Origin: Christensenellaceae bacterium
GTDB taxonomy: Bacteria; Bacillota; Clostridia; Christensenellales; DTU072
Assembly: GCA_031259085.1 (NCBI GenBank)
Contig: JAIRMA010000039.1
Coordinates: 10,392 to 74,391 of the forward strand
Length of the DNA stretch: 64,000 bases
Direction: 5' to 3'
The position numbers and the translations under genes were made by a program. The notes beneath the pieces are model-generated. The model was not told where the DNA came from. It searched no databases and saw only the letters and a program-made list of their open reading frames with translations. Below are positions 38,481-47,115 of the stretch, piece by piece (within the stretch, counting starts at the first letter, position 1; each line of letters starts with the position of its first letter).

Positions 38481-40014
38481 ATCTATAATTACTATTCTAT
38501 TCATCATTTCATCAATTGTAATTGGAATGCGCATGCTAATTTCACTACAGTTAAATGGGTATAGGGTACGAAAAAAAGCCTATTTAATACCACTTAACGT
38601 TAAACAACTAATCGAGTTTAGCTCATTACTTTTCTTAGGGCTATTAACTATATTAAGTGTTAAATTTGGAACTATCTTAACATACTCTATAACAATAACT
38701 ATAACACTATCATTAATAGTTTACTATGTGAATGATTACATTAAGCTTCGCACAAAATTCAAATTCACAGCGCGTGGGACGCGTTTTTATATATTCTATG
38801 TTTTGATATTGACTATTATGCATTTGATTATTAGTATGTTATCAGTGGAGTTAATATTCCATCGATTATTTAGTATAACACTTCTTCTAATGAGTGGATT
38901 ATTAGCAATATGTGTTAGCATGATTTTGTCACCTCTTGAGTTTTTAAATAGCCTAAAGTATATAAAGATTGCAAAAAATAAATTATTGAACCTTAATGCT
39001 ATTAAAATTGGAATAAGCGGTAGCTATGGAAAAACAAGCTGCAAAAATATATTAGGAGCGATGCTTGCAAAGAAATATAAGGTGATAAAAACTGAAGGGA
39101 ATAGAAATACTCCTATGGGAATTTGTCTCACTACTAACAATATGACAAGTGATGCGGAGGTTTTCATTGCAGAGATGGGCGCTAGAAGGCGTGGTGATAT
39201 TAAAAAACTCTGTGATATTGTAAAACCCACTTGCGCATTGCTGACAGGAATAAGTAATCAACACATGTCAGAGTTTGGTAGTCTTGAAAAAATCTACCAA
39301 ACAAAGAGTGAATTAATCAAAGCTTTGCCAAGAGATGGAATTGCTATTTTTAACGGCGATGACCCCTTAATCACAAAATTACGAAAAGAATTTACTGGTG
39401 ATTCGGTAGCAGTACATTTAAGAGATGAACAGGAAGTCTATGCAAAGAATATTAAACTTAGTACTAACGGAATAAGTTTTGAGATTTTTGGACTCTCAAC
39501 TCCATTTAAGGTGTCTACAAAACTATTAGGAAGACATAACGTGCTTAATATTTTAATGTGTTCTGTAATGGCATATAAACTAGGGATAAGCCCAAATGAA
39601 ATAGCCTCCGCGCTATCTGAATTGGAGCCCATCCCACACAGACTACAAATTATCAAAAACACAGGTGAAATAACTATTATAGATGATAGTTATAATGCAA
39701 ATATCTCTGGATCTATATTTGCATTAGAGGTCCTAAAACTCTACTCAGGGAGAAAAATCGTATTTTCACAGGGACTAGTGGAACTTGGAAAACTAAATAA
39801 TCGATATAATCGACATCTTGGGGCAGTAATTGGTAAAACAGCAGATGTCATTATCTTAACGGGGCAAAACACCAACTCATTATTAAAAGGTATTGATTCT
39901 GTTGGATTTAGTGGGACTGTATATAGATACAAATCGTTTAAAGAAGCTACAGTTAATATTAAAGAGATTCTAAAGCCTGGTGATGTACTATTAATTCAAA
40001 ATGATATTCCATAG
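38470..40014 (+). CDS. murF: MurF-like Mur ligase with a ~170-aa polytopic membrane N-terminus
   Basis: P-loop GISGSYGKTS at residues 181-190, a DDSYNAN motif and the adjacent ddl gene. Residues 1-160 form about 5 hydrophobic helices in place of the usual soluble N-domain. Confidence 0.8.
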   Translation: MIIESIITILFIISSIVIGMRMLISLQLNGYRVRKKAYLIPLNVKQLIEFSSLLFLGLLTILSVKFGTILTYSITITITLSLIVYYVNDYIKLRTKFKFTARGTRFYIFYVLILTIMHLIISMLSVELIFHRLFSITLLLMSGLLAICVSMILSPLEFLNSLKYIKIAKNKLLNLNAIKIGISGSYGKTSCKNILGAMLAKKYKVIKTEGNRNTPMGICLTTNNMTSDAEVFIAEMGARRRGDIKKLCDIVKPTCALLTGISNQHMSEFGSLEKIYQTKSELIKALPRDGIAIFNGDDPLITKLRKEFTGDSVAVHLRDEQEVYAKNIKLSTNGISFEIFGLSTPFKVSTKLLGRHNVLNILMCSVMAYKLGISPNEIASALSELEPIPHRLQIIKNTGEITIIDDSYNANISGSIFALEVLKLYSGRKIVFSQGLVELGKLNNRYNRHLGAVIGKTADVIILTGQNTNSLLKGIDSVGFSGTVYRYKSFKEATVNIKEILKPGDVLLIQNDIP

Positions 40015-40030
40015 TCTAAAGAGGTATTGC

Positions 40031-41122
40031 ATGAAAAATATTATGGTTATTTATGGTGGGGATTCAAGTGAACATGATATCTCTATAATAACAGCAGTAG
40101 AGTCTATGATGGTAGCACCTATTAAAGGCTACAGAATAATTCCAGTGTATGTTAAGAATTCGGTTTGGTACACAGGCAGATGCTTGTTTGAGATTAAAAA
40201 TTATCTCAATTTTTCACCTGCTCGCTATACAAAAGTATTACTTTTTAATAAAGCTTTATATGAGATTAAACGATCTAAAAAGCTTGTTAAATTATTTGAT
40301 ATTGATTGCGCGCTTATATTAGCACATGGTGGAGGTGGGGAAAATGGGGAATGGCAAGGTCTTTTTGATACAAATGGAATACCATACACTTCATCTAACG
40401 TGGAGGCATCCGCTATTTGTATGAATAAAAGCTATTGCAAAACATTATTAAAAAGTTGGAGAGTAAATGTAGTAGAAGGCATTACAATAAATAGTAATCC
40501 CGATCTAGATGAGATCGAAAACATTTTAAAAGAGTTCGATTTACCTGTTGTTGTAAAACCTGTGTCACAGGGAAGTAGTATCGGGATTAGTTTAGTAAAT
40601 TCAGTCGATACACTTAAAACTGCAATAAACACTGCTAGTAAATATTCGTCTAGACTATTAATTGAAAAGGGGTTGAACAATTGCTTAGAATTCAACCAAG
40701 CGGCAGTATTCTTGAGAGATGAGCTTGTATTGTCAAAAATAGAAAAACGTATGTCAAGCGGGGATATATTTACTTATAATGACAAATATCTATCAAATAA
40801 GAATTCAAGATCTGCGACTGATTTTTTGGATGATTTTGAGAATAATGAATTGAAGCTTGAGATTTCAAATATTACTAAGAGTGTTTATGTCAAATTAAAT
40901 CTGTGGGGTATCGTCCGTTTTGATTACCTTTATTCTAATAATATATTATATTTGAATGAAATAAACACTATTCCTGGCTCTTTAGCACATCATTTATTTG
41001 AAAATATGACATACCAACAATTGTTAAAATCTATTATTGATGAATCAATCAAGCGAATAATTTTTAAACCCTGTCATTTTCAATCAAATGTATTAGAAAC
41101 TTTGAACTCTATATCAAAATAA
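40031..41122 (+). CDS. ddl: D-alanine--D-alanine ligase
   Basis: AAGAGG SD lies 6 nt before ATG 40031. N-terminus VIYGGDSSEHDISI and an ATP-grasp core (VVKPVSQGSSIGIS, NEINTIPG). Confidence 0.88.
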   Translation: MKNIMVIYGGDSSEHDISIITAVESMMVAPIKGYRIIPVYVKNSVWYTGRCLFEIKNYLNFSPARYTKVLLFNKALYEIKRSKKLVKLFDIDCALILAHGGGGENGEWQGLFDTNGIPYTSSNVEASAICMNKSYCKTLLKSWRVNVVEGITINSNPDLDEIENILKEFDLPVVVKPVSQGSSIGISLVNSVDTLKTAINTASKYSSRLLIEKGLNNCLEFNQAAVFLRDELVLSKIEKRMSSGDIFTYNDKYLSNKNSRSATDFLDDFENNELKLEISNITKSVYVKLNLWGIVRFDYLYSNNILYLNEINTIPGSLAHHLFENMTYQQLLKSIIDESIKRIIFKPCHFQSNVLETLNSISK

Positions 41123-41237
41123 ATGGTTGTCTACTTTGATCAAAAATCAATTTAGTGAAGCAATACATCTGTTGTTTTTTACTTTTTATTTACTAATATC
41201 TTTTTTGAAAAAAAATTTAAAACACAGCCCATTTTGT

Positions 41238-41266
41238 TTGACAGTCTAAAATTTATATATTAAAAT
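41238..41266 (+). promoter_or_regulatory. Promoter TTGACA-17-TAAAAT for glnN
   Basis: TTGACA at 41238-41243, a 17-nt spacer, TAAAAT at 41261-41266. Confidence 0.6.
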
Positions 41267-41282
41267 AATATCATAGCAAAGC

Positions 41283-41323
41283 AAAGGCGCTGCGGCTTGT
41301 TCCGTAGCGCCTTTTTTATTTTT
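41283..41323 (+). terminator. Strong intrinsic terminator hairpin inside the glnN 5' leader
   Basis: 11-bp GC-rich stem aggcgctgcgg / ccgtagcgcct (one G-U pair) with loop cttgtt, followed by ttttttattttt. It lies between the promoter and the SD. Confidence 0.75.
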
Positions 41324-41340
41324 AATATTAAGGAGAGTGG

Positions 41341-43434
41341 ATGATGAACAAAATTCCCGATATGTTTGGTGAATTAGTTTTTGGTGAAGCAATAATGCGC
41401 GAGCGTCTACCAAAGGACACTTACAAAGCTTTGAAGAAGGCAATAGCTGAGGGTAAGTCTTTGGAATTAGATGTCGCAAACTCAATTGCAAACGCAATGA
41501 AAGATTGGGCGGTATCAAAGGGTGTAACACACTTTACACACTGGTTCCAGCCAATGACAGGTGCTACAGCAGAAAAACATGATAGTTTTATTTCGCCTAC
41601 TGCAGAGGGTAAAATTATAATGGAGTTTTCTGGTAAAGAATTAATCAAGGGTGAACCTGATGCGTCAAGTTTCCCGTCTGGTGGTATTAGAATGACATTC
41701 GAGGCGCGTGGATATACTGCATGGGATCCAACGTCATATGCCTTTATTAAAGATAACGCTCTTTGCATCCCGACTGCATTCTGTTCCTATGGTGGAGAGG
41801 CTTTAGACAAGAAAACACCGCTTTTGAGATCTATTGATGCTTTGAATAATCAGGCAATGCGAATTTTAAGACTTTTTGGTAATACTACAGCTAAAAATGT
41901 TATTTCAACAGTCGGCCCTGAGCAGGAATATTTTCTTATTAACAAAGACCTATATGAAAAACGCCGTGACCTTGTATTAACAGGTAGGACGTTATTTGGT
42001 GCAAAACCACCTAGAGGGCAAGAATTAGAAGACCATTATTTTGGTGCGATTAAATCAAGAGTCGCAGAGTACATGGCAGACCTTGATCTCGAGCTTTGGA
42101 AGCTTGGAATCCTTTCTAAGACAAAACATAACGAGGTTGCACCATCTCAACATGAGTTGGCCCCAATATATAGCACGACTAATACTGCTACTGATCATAA
42201 CCAATTGGTTATGGAATTGATGAAAAAGATTGCACCAAAGCACGGTTTAACTTGCTTATTACATGAAAAACCATTTGCAGGGATTAATGGTAGTGGCAAA
42301 CATAATAACTGGTCAATTTCTACTGATACTGGTGTTAATCTACTCGATCCTGGCTCATCTCCTGAAGAAAATGCACAATTTTTATTATTCTTAACAGCCA
42401 TACTAACTGCTGTTGATGATTATCAAGATCTTTTAAGAGCCTCCGTAGCTAGTGCTGGAAATGATCATCGTTTAGGCGCTGCAGAAGCACCTCCTGCCAT
42501 CATATCTGTTTTCTTAGGCGACATCTTAACTGATATTGTTAATAGTATTGTTGATAGTAAGAAATATAACAAAAAAGAAGACAGTTATATAGAAATTGGA
42601 GTTGGATCACTACCAAAAATTCCAAAAGATAATACTGATAGAAATAGAACATCACCATTTGCATTTACTGGTAACAAGTTTGAGTTTAGAATGCCTGGAT
42701 CAGCGTTCTCTATATCTGGACCCAATTTTGTGCTTAACACAATCGTAGCAGATGCCCTGTCTAATTTTGCAGACATATTAGAAAAAGCTAAGGACTTTAA
42801 TGCTACTTTGCAAGTTATAATAGCTGAAAATCTAACTAAACATAGACGCATAGTGTTCAATGGCAATGGTTATACGGATGAATGGGTTAAGGAAGCAACT
42901 AAGAGAGGGTTATTAAATCTAACTTCAACAATAGATGCGCTTCCAGAATTCATTGCAGATAAAAACATAAAACTTTTTGAAAAACATAAAATTTTATCTG
43001 AAATTGAAATGCGCTCGCGCTATGAGATATTAGTCGAAACCTATGTCAAGACAATAAAAATCGAAGCGTTAACAATGATTGATATAGCGCGAAAAGACAT
43101 AATTCCTGCTGGTGAAAAGTATGTTAGCTTGCTTGCAAGTACCGCTAAATCTAAGTTGGATGTAAGCAAAACATTCACTGTTGACTTAGAAAAGTCACTA
43201 ATCACTAAATTAAGTGATCTATTACTTAAAATATATACAAGAGCAGAAGGGCTCGAGGCAAAATTAACTGAAGCAGAAGAAAAAGGTGATGCTACTGCAG
43301 AAGCTCGATTCTTTAGATCGGCTATAGTACCAGCTATGTCTGAACTAAGAGAAGCAGCAGACACATTGGAAATATATACAGCAGAGAAATATTGGCCATT
43401 CCCATCTTATTCTGATCTATTGTTTTCAGTATAA
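41341..43434 (+). CDS. glnN: Glutamine synthetase type III
   Basis: About 700 aa, with a GSIII-type N-terminus (FGELVFGEAIMRERLPKDTYKALKKAI...THFTHWFQPMTG) and a catalytic core (NGSGKHNNWS). Confidence 0.9.
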   Translation: MMNKIPDMFGELVFGEAIMRERLPKDTYKALKKAIAEGKSLELDVANSIANAMKDWAVSKGVTHFTHWFQPMTGATAEKHDSFISPTAEGKIIMEFSGKELIKGEPDASSFPSGGIRMTFEARGYTAWDPTSYAFIKDNALCIPTAFCSYGGEALDKKTPLLRSIDALNNQAMRILRLFGNTTAKNVISTVGPEQEYFLINKDLYEKRRDLVLTGRTLFGAKPPRGQELEDHYFGAIKSRVAEYMADLDLELWKLGILSKTKHNEVAPSQHELAPIYSTTNTATDHNQLVMELMKKIAPKHGLTCLLHEKPFAGINGSGKHNNWSISTDTGVNLLDPGSSPEENAQFLLFLTAILTAVDDYQDLLRASVASAGNDHRLGAAEAPPAIISVFLGDILTDIVNSIVDSKKYNKKEDSYIEIGVGSLPKIPKDNTDRNRTSPFAFTGNKFEFRMPGSAFSISGPNFVLNTIVADALSNFADILEKAKDFNATLQVIIAENLTKHRRIVFNGNGYTDEWVKEATKRGLLNLTSTIDALPEFIADKNIKLFEKHKILSEIEMRSRYEILVETYVKTIKIEALTMIDIARKDIIPAGEKYVSLLASTAKSKLDVSKTFTVDLEKSLITKLSDLLLKIYTRAEGLEAKLTEAEEKGDATAEARFFRSAIVPAMSELREAADTLEIYTAEKYWPFPSYSDLLFSV

Positions 43435-43485
43435 TCAATCATAGTTAAGTAAACTTAACTTAAAACAATTTAATAGATATTCCAC

Positions 43486-43534
43486 AAGGGCGTGTGTTAT
43501 TTCGTTAATCGAAATTCGCACGCTCTTGTTGTTT
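43486..43534 (+). terminator. Long imperfect hairpin between glnN and amt (terminator or attenuator)
   Basis: Outer stem aagggcgtgtg / cgcacgctctt (two G-U pairs) enclosing inner stem atttcg / cgaaat, followed by gttgttt. Confidence 0.55.
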
Positions 43535-43566
43535 ATAAATGATTAATATTAAGGAGACATTTTTTT

Positions 43567-45303
43567 ATGCAAACTATGTTGTTGTCGGATGCGGCACTAA
43601 TGACGTTTTCTTCGACAGACACTATTTGGGTTTTGTTAGCAGCCGCTCTTGTATTCTTTATGCAAGCTGGTTTTGCAATGGTAGAAGCTGGGCTAACCCG
43701 AATAAAAAATACTGGAAATATCATTATGAAAAACCTTATGGATTTTGCCATAGGTACCATAGTATTCTGGTTATTAGGCTTTGGGTTAATGTTTGGAACT
43801 GATTTAGGTGGTTTTATGGGAACCCCTGATCTATTAGTACTACAAGGAGATTATAGCGCAGGTTATCCTTCATATGCCTTTGTAATATTCCAAACAGTAT
43901 TCTGTGCTACAGCAGCAACAATCGTGTCAGGAGCTATGGCTGAGAGGACTAAATTTATAAGTTATCTAATTTATAGCGCTATGATTTCGATGATAATTTA
44001 TCCGATTTCCGGACACTGGATATGGGGCGGCGGTTGGTTATCTGAATTAGGCTTCCACGACTTTGCAGGATCAACAGCTGTACATATGGTAGGTGGCGTA
44101 GCTGCATTAGTAGGCGCATTAGTGCTAGGTCCTAGAATTGGTAAATATGATAAAAAAGGAAAACCTAAAGCAATTTTGGGCCATAATATGGCAATTGTAG
44201 CTTTGGGTGTGTTTATACTATGGTTCTGCTGGTTTGGATTCAATGGCGGTTCTACAACAGCGGCCTCAGATGATGGCTCATTATCTACAATGGCTTTGGC
44301 ATTCGTTACAACTAACCTAGCTGCTGCAACTTCTACCCTCACTACTTTGATATTCAGCTGGATTAGATACAAAAAACCTGATGTCTCCATGACATTTAAT
44401 GGTGCATTAGCTGGCCTTGTTGCAATTACCGCTGGTGCTGACGCAGTAGATCCAGTGGGCGCGTTCTTTATCGGTTTATTAGCAGGCCTTGTGATTATCC
44501 CAGCTGTTGAATTTCTTGACAAAAAAATCAAGGTCGACGATCCGGTTGGTGCAATTGCGGTTCACGGTGTTTGCGGTGCTATGGGTACAATATTAGTTGG
44601 GCTATTCAGTACAGATGAGGGTTTGTTCTATGGTGGCGGATTTAGATTACTAGGAGTTCAAACTCTGGGTGTTGTAGTTGTAGCAGCATACGTTGCAGCA
44701 GCTATGTTAGGTATATTCTTGTTGCTTAAAAAGACAATCGGATTACGTGTGAGTAAGCAAGAAGAACTTGCAGGTCTAGATATCTCAGAACACGGTTTAG
44801 CTACAAGCTTTGCAGGATTTGCAACAGCCTCAGCTACTAGTGATGGAGTTTCGTATGTCAGCGCCCCACCTACATCTGACACAGGTGTAACTGTTGAATA
44901 CAACAATGAAGGTGGAGAAGCCGCGATTGATGACGATGTTGTCGATAAAAATAAATTTACTAAGGTTGTAATTGTATCTAATCCCTCAAAATTTGATGAT
45001 CTCAAAGTGGCTCTTAATAACATTGGGATAACTGGGATGACGGTCACAAATGTCATGGGATTCGGAATGCAAAAGGGTCATACTGAATACTACAGAGGTG
45101 CCCCCGTAGATGTTAATTTACTACCAAAATTTAAGGTTGAAATCGTCGTTTGCAAAGTACCCGTTAGAACTGTTATTGATACTACCAAGAAAGTACTATT
45201 CACTGGAAATTACGGCGATGGAAAAATATTTGTATACGACGTGACAAACGTTGTAAAAATACGAACTAATGAAGAGGGCTATGCCGCATTGCAAGATGAC
45301 TAA
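43567..45303 (+). CDS. amt: Ammonium transporter (Amt) fused to a C-terminal PII (GlnK/GlnB) domain
   Basis: Amt TM core (AGFAMVEAG, DFAGSTAVHMVGG, GVCGAMGT) followed by about 112 aa of PII (KVVIVSNPSKFDDLKVALNNIGITGMTVTNVMGFGMQKGHTEYYRG...GDGKIFVYDV). Confidence 0.9.
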   Translation: MQTMLLSDAALMTFSSTDTIWVLLAAALVFFMQAGFAMVEAGLTRIKNTGNIIMKNLMDFAIGTIVFWLLGFGLMFGTDLGGFMGTPDLLVLQGDYSAGYPSYAFVIFQTVFCATAATIVSGAMAERTKFISYLIYSAMISMIIYPISGHWIWGGGWLSELGFHDFAGSTAVHMVGGVAALVGALVLGPRIGKYDKKGKPKAILGHNMAIVALGVFILWFCWFGFNGGSTTAASDDGSLSTMALAFVTTNLAAATSTLTTLIFSWIRYKKPDVSMTFNGALAGLVAITAGADAVDPVGAFFIGLLAGLVIIPAVEFLDKKIKVDDPVGAIAVHGVCGAMGTILVGLFSTDEGLFYGGGFRLLGVQTLGVVVVAAYVAAAMLGIFLLLKKTIGLRVSKQEELAGLDISEHGLATSFAGFATASATSDGVSYVSAPPTSDTGVTVEYNNEGGEAAIDDDVVDKNKFTKVVIVSNPSKFDDLKVALNNIGITGMTVTNVMGFGMQKGHTEYYRGAPVDVNLLPKFKVEIVVCKVPVRTVIDTTKKVLFTGNYGDGKIFVYDVTNVVKIRTNEEGYAALQDD

Positions 45304-45413
45304 CATTATACGTTTGAATATAAAGTCTTTAAACAAAATATTTAAACTATATTGTTTTTAATTGTTAATTATTACATAATATATATGTTTCATCCATATA
45401 TCTTTCCTTCTTT

Positions 45414-45442
45414 AAAAACGCCCTTTTGAGGGGCGTTTTTTT
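45414..45442 (+). terminator. Rho-independent terminator after amt
   Basis: Stem aaaaacgccc / gggcgttttt with loop ttttgag, followed by a T-run. Confidence 0.85.
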
Positions 45443-45815
45443 CATTACCTTATAATACAAAGATTCAAATTTATGAATTTTCATATAAAAAAAATCAAAG
45501 TGCTTTTAACAAAATACAATACAATAACAAAAAGCAATTTTGGAATTACGAAAACGATACTTTTTATAATCTAACTTAAATAAATCGGACAAAATATAAA
45601 AAGCTTAATTGCTAACATTATCGCATTGTATATTTGTATTGTAAAGGCCTTATTACAAAGATGAAAGTTCTACATTCTTTCGTCCTGTCAAAATGATTTG
45701 CAAATTAATTTAACCTGTTTTTTGATCCTTTAGCTTGCTATTACTAGGGAGAACGCATGAAAACTCCTATATAAATTTTTAAACTCAAACATACAAGTAT
45801 GGGCATGATTTTTCT

Positions 45816-46064
45816 TTAAATGAATAGATCATGCTTTTTTGACAAAATTATATTTGATTTAATTGATGGTTTATCGTGTATAAGTTTCCAATGCTCCAAA
45901 TAGTTTTCGTCTTTGGGTAATTTCCACAAATTATCCCAAACTTCAAAATCGTAGTGTATATAAGGAAAAGTAAACAGCACAATTTTATCCTTCGGTGACG
46001 GAGTAATTGTATAGCCGACATTACTTTGTAAATGCTTCAAAATTCTTTCAATAATTTCCTTCAT
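45816..46064 (-). CDS. Hypothetical 82-aa protein, last gene of the island operon
   Basis: Its ATG lies 2 nt after the stop of the rhuM-tail ORF. No SD and no recognisable motif. Confidence 0.5.
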   Translation of the reverse strand: MKEIIERILKHLQSNVGYTITPSPKDKIVLFTFPYIHYDFEVWDNLWKLPKDENYLEHWKLIHDKPSIKSNIILSKKHDLFI

Positions 46065-46066
46065 AA

Positions 46067-46159
46067 TTATTTTTTACTTTTGTCATTCTTTATCGGGGTA
46101 TTTAATAATTTTCGCATTTCTTCAAGCGTGCCAAGATATGCCTTTTCAACTTCGGTCAT
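46067..46159 (-). pseudogene. Out-of-frame C-terminal tail of the RhuM gene (30 codons)
   Basis: The +1 frame reads (KYKNKNTNE)MTEVEKAYLGTLEEMRKLLNTPIKNDKSKK*, and that frame is open back to the A5 run at 46184-46188 inside rhuM. Confidence 0.45.
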
Positions 46160-46178
46160 TTCATTTGTGTTTTTGTTT

Positions 46179-47105
46179 TTATATTTTTATTTCGGCTTTT
46201 CCGTAGGCGTCAATTTCGCTTATTGTCCCGCCGTCAGTTAAAACTTGCTCGCCATAGTTTTTTATGTGTGTGTCAAGTATTTCAACCCAATTCTTCATAA
46301 ACATTTGATTATGTCTTTCGGCTTGGTGTTCTGCGAAATCAAAGAAAGAGTTTACAAGTCGCCTTAAAGATTTCAACTCGGTTTCGGTTAAATAGTCTTT
46401 GGCAATCATGGCTTCATCTCTTGCTGGGTGATTACCCTTAAAAACGGTAAGTCCCATAAACGGCAATTCGGCATTTGCACGATTAAACACAATTTCACTT
46501 GCTGTATATCCTGTGGAAGCATAATGCAATTTTGCCTGCACAATTTTGAAAAATTTTACTGTTTCATCACTTTGTGGGTTATAGTCAATGCTTGTTGCAT
46601 ACAAATCAAGCACTTGGCGATACATAACTTTCTCGCTTGCCCGAATATCACGGATACGCTCTAAAAGTTCTTTCCAATACAAACCGCCACCAAGATTTTT
46701 TAATTTCTCATCGTTCATCGCAAAACCTTTCTTCATATATTCTGTTAATATATTACTTGCCCATTTGCGAAAAGCAATACCACGAGCAGAATTAACACGA
46801 TAACCAATGGCAAGTATCATATCAAGGTTATAAAAATCAACTTCGTGTGATTGCGTTTTGTCTTGCATTGCACCGTGTGGAGTGGTTGTTCGGTATTTAC
46901 GAACTACCACTTCTTTATCTAATTCGCCGTCTGCAAAAATGCGTTTAATATGTTCGCTTATATTACTTTTGCTTGATTGAAACAAATCTACAATCTTTGA
47001 CTGTGGAAGCCATACGGTTTCGCCGTCAAAAACAACCTCCACCTTTGTTTGTCCGTCAGGTGTTGTGTAAATTACAATCTCGTTTTTCTTTTCTTCTTTT
47101 TCCAT
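46179..47105 (-). CDS. rhuM: RhuM-family protein (apparently truncated at the 3' end)
   Basis: Strong resemblance to the Virulence_RhuM family (VWLPQSKIVDLFQSSKSNISEHIKRIF..., FYNLDMILAIGYRVNSARGIAFRKWA). AAGGAG SD lies 5 nt before ATG 47105. Confidence 0.85.
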   Translation of the reverse strand: MEKEEKKNEIVIYTTPDGQTKVEVVFDGETVWLPQSKIVDLFQSSKSNISEHIKRIFADGELDKEVVVRKYRTTTPHGAMQDKTQSHEVDFYNLDMILAIGYRVNSARGIAFRKWASNILTEYMKKGFAMNDEKLKNLGGGLYWKELLERIRDIRASEKVMYRQVLDLYATSIDYNPQSDETVKFFKIVQAKLHYASTGYTASEIVFNRANAELPFMGLTVFKGNHPARDEAMIAKDYLTETELKSLRRLVNSFFDFAEHQAERHNQMFMKNWVEILDTHIKNYGEQVLTDGGTISEIDAYGKAEIKI

Positions 47106-47115
47106 TTTCACTCCT

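Noticed and set aside
41270-41323. ANTAR-type dual hexaloop hairpins, or a glutamine riboswitch, in the glnN leader.
   Set aside because: Only about 10 nt precede the terminator stem. The single loop, cttgtt, has G at position 4 but not the A at position 1 expected for ANTAR targets. There is no space for a glnA-type aptamer.
45443-45815. Searched for a direct repeat of the tRNA-Tyr 3' end (for example ggtggattcgaaccacc or tggtgggaggagg) that would mark an attR/attL island boundary.
   Set aside because: No copy of the tRNA 3' segment is visible at the distal end of the island, so I cannot claim classical tRNA-targeted integration.
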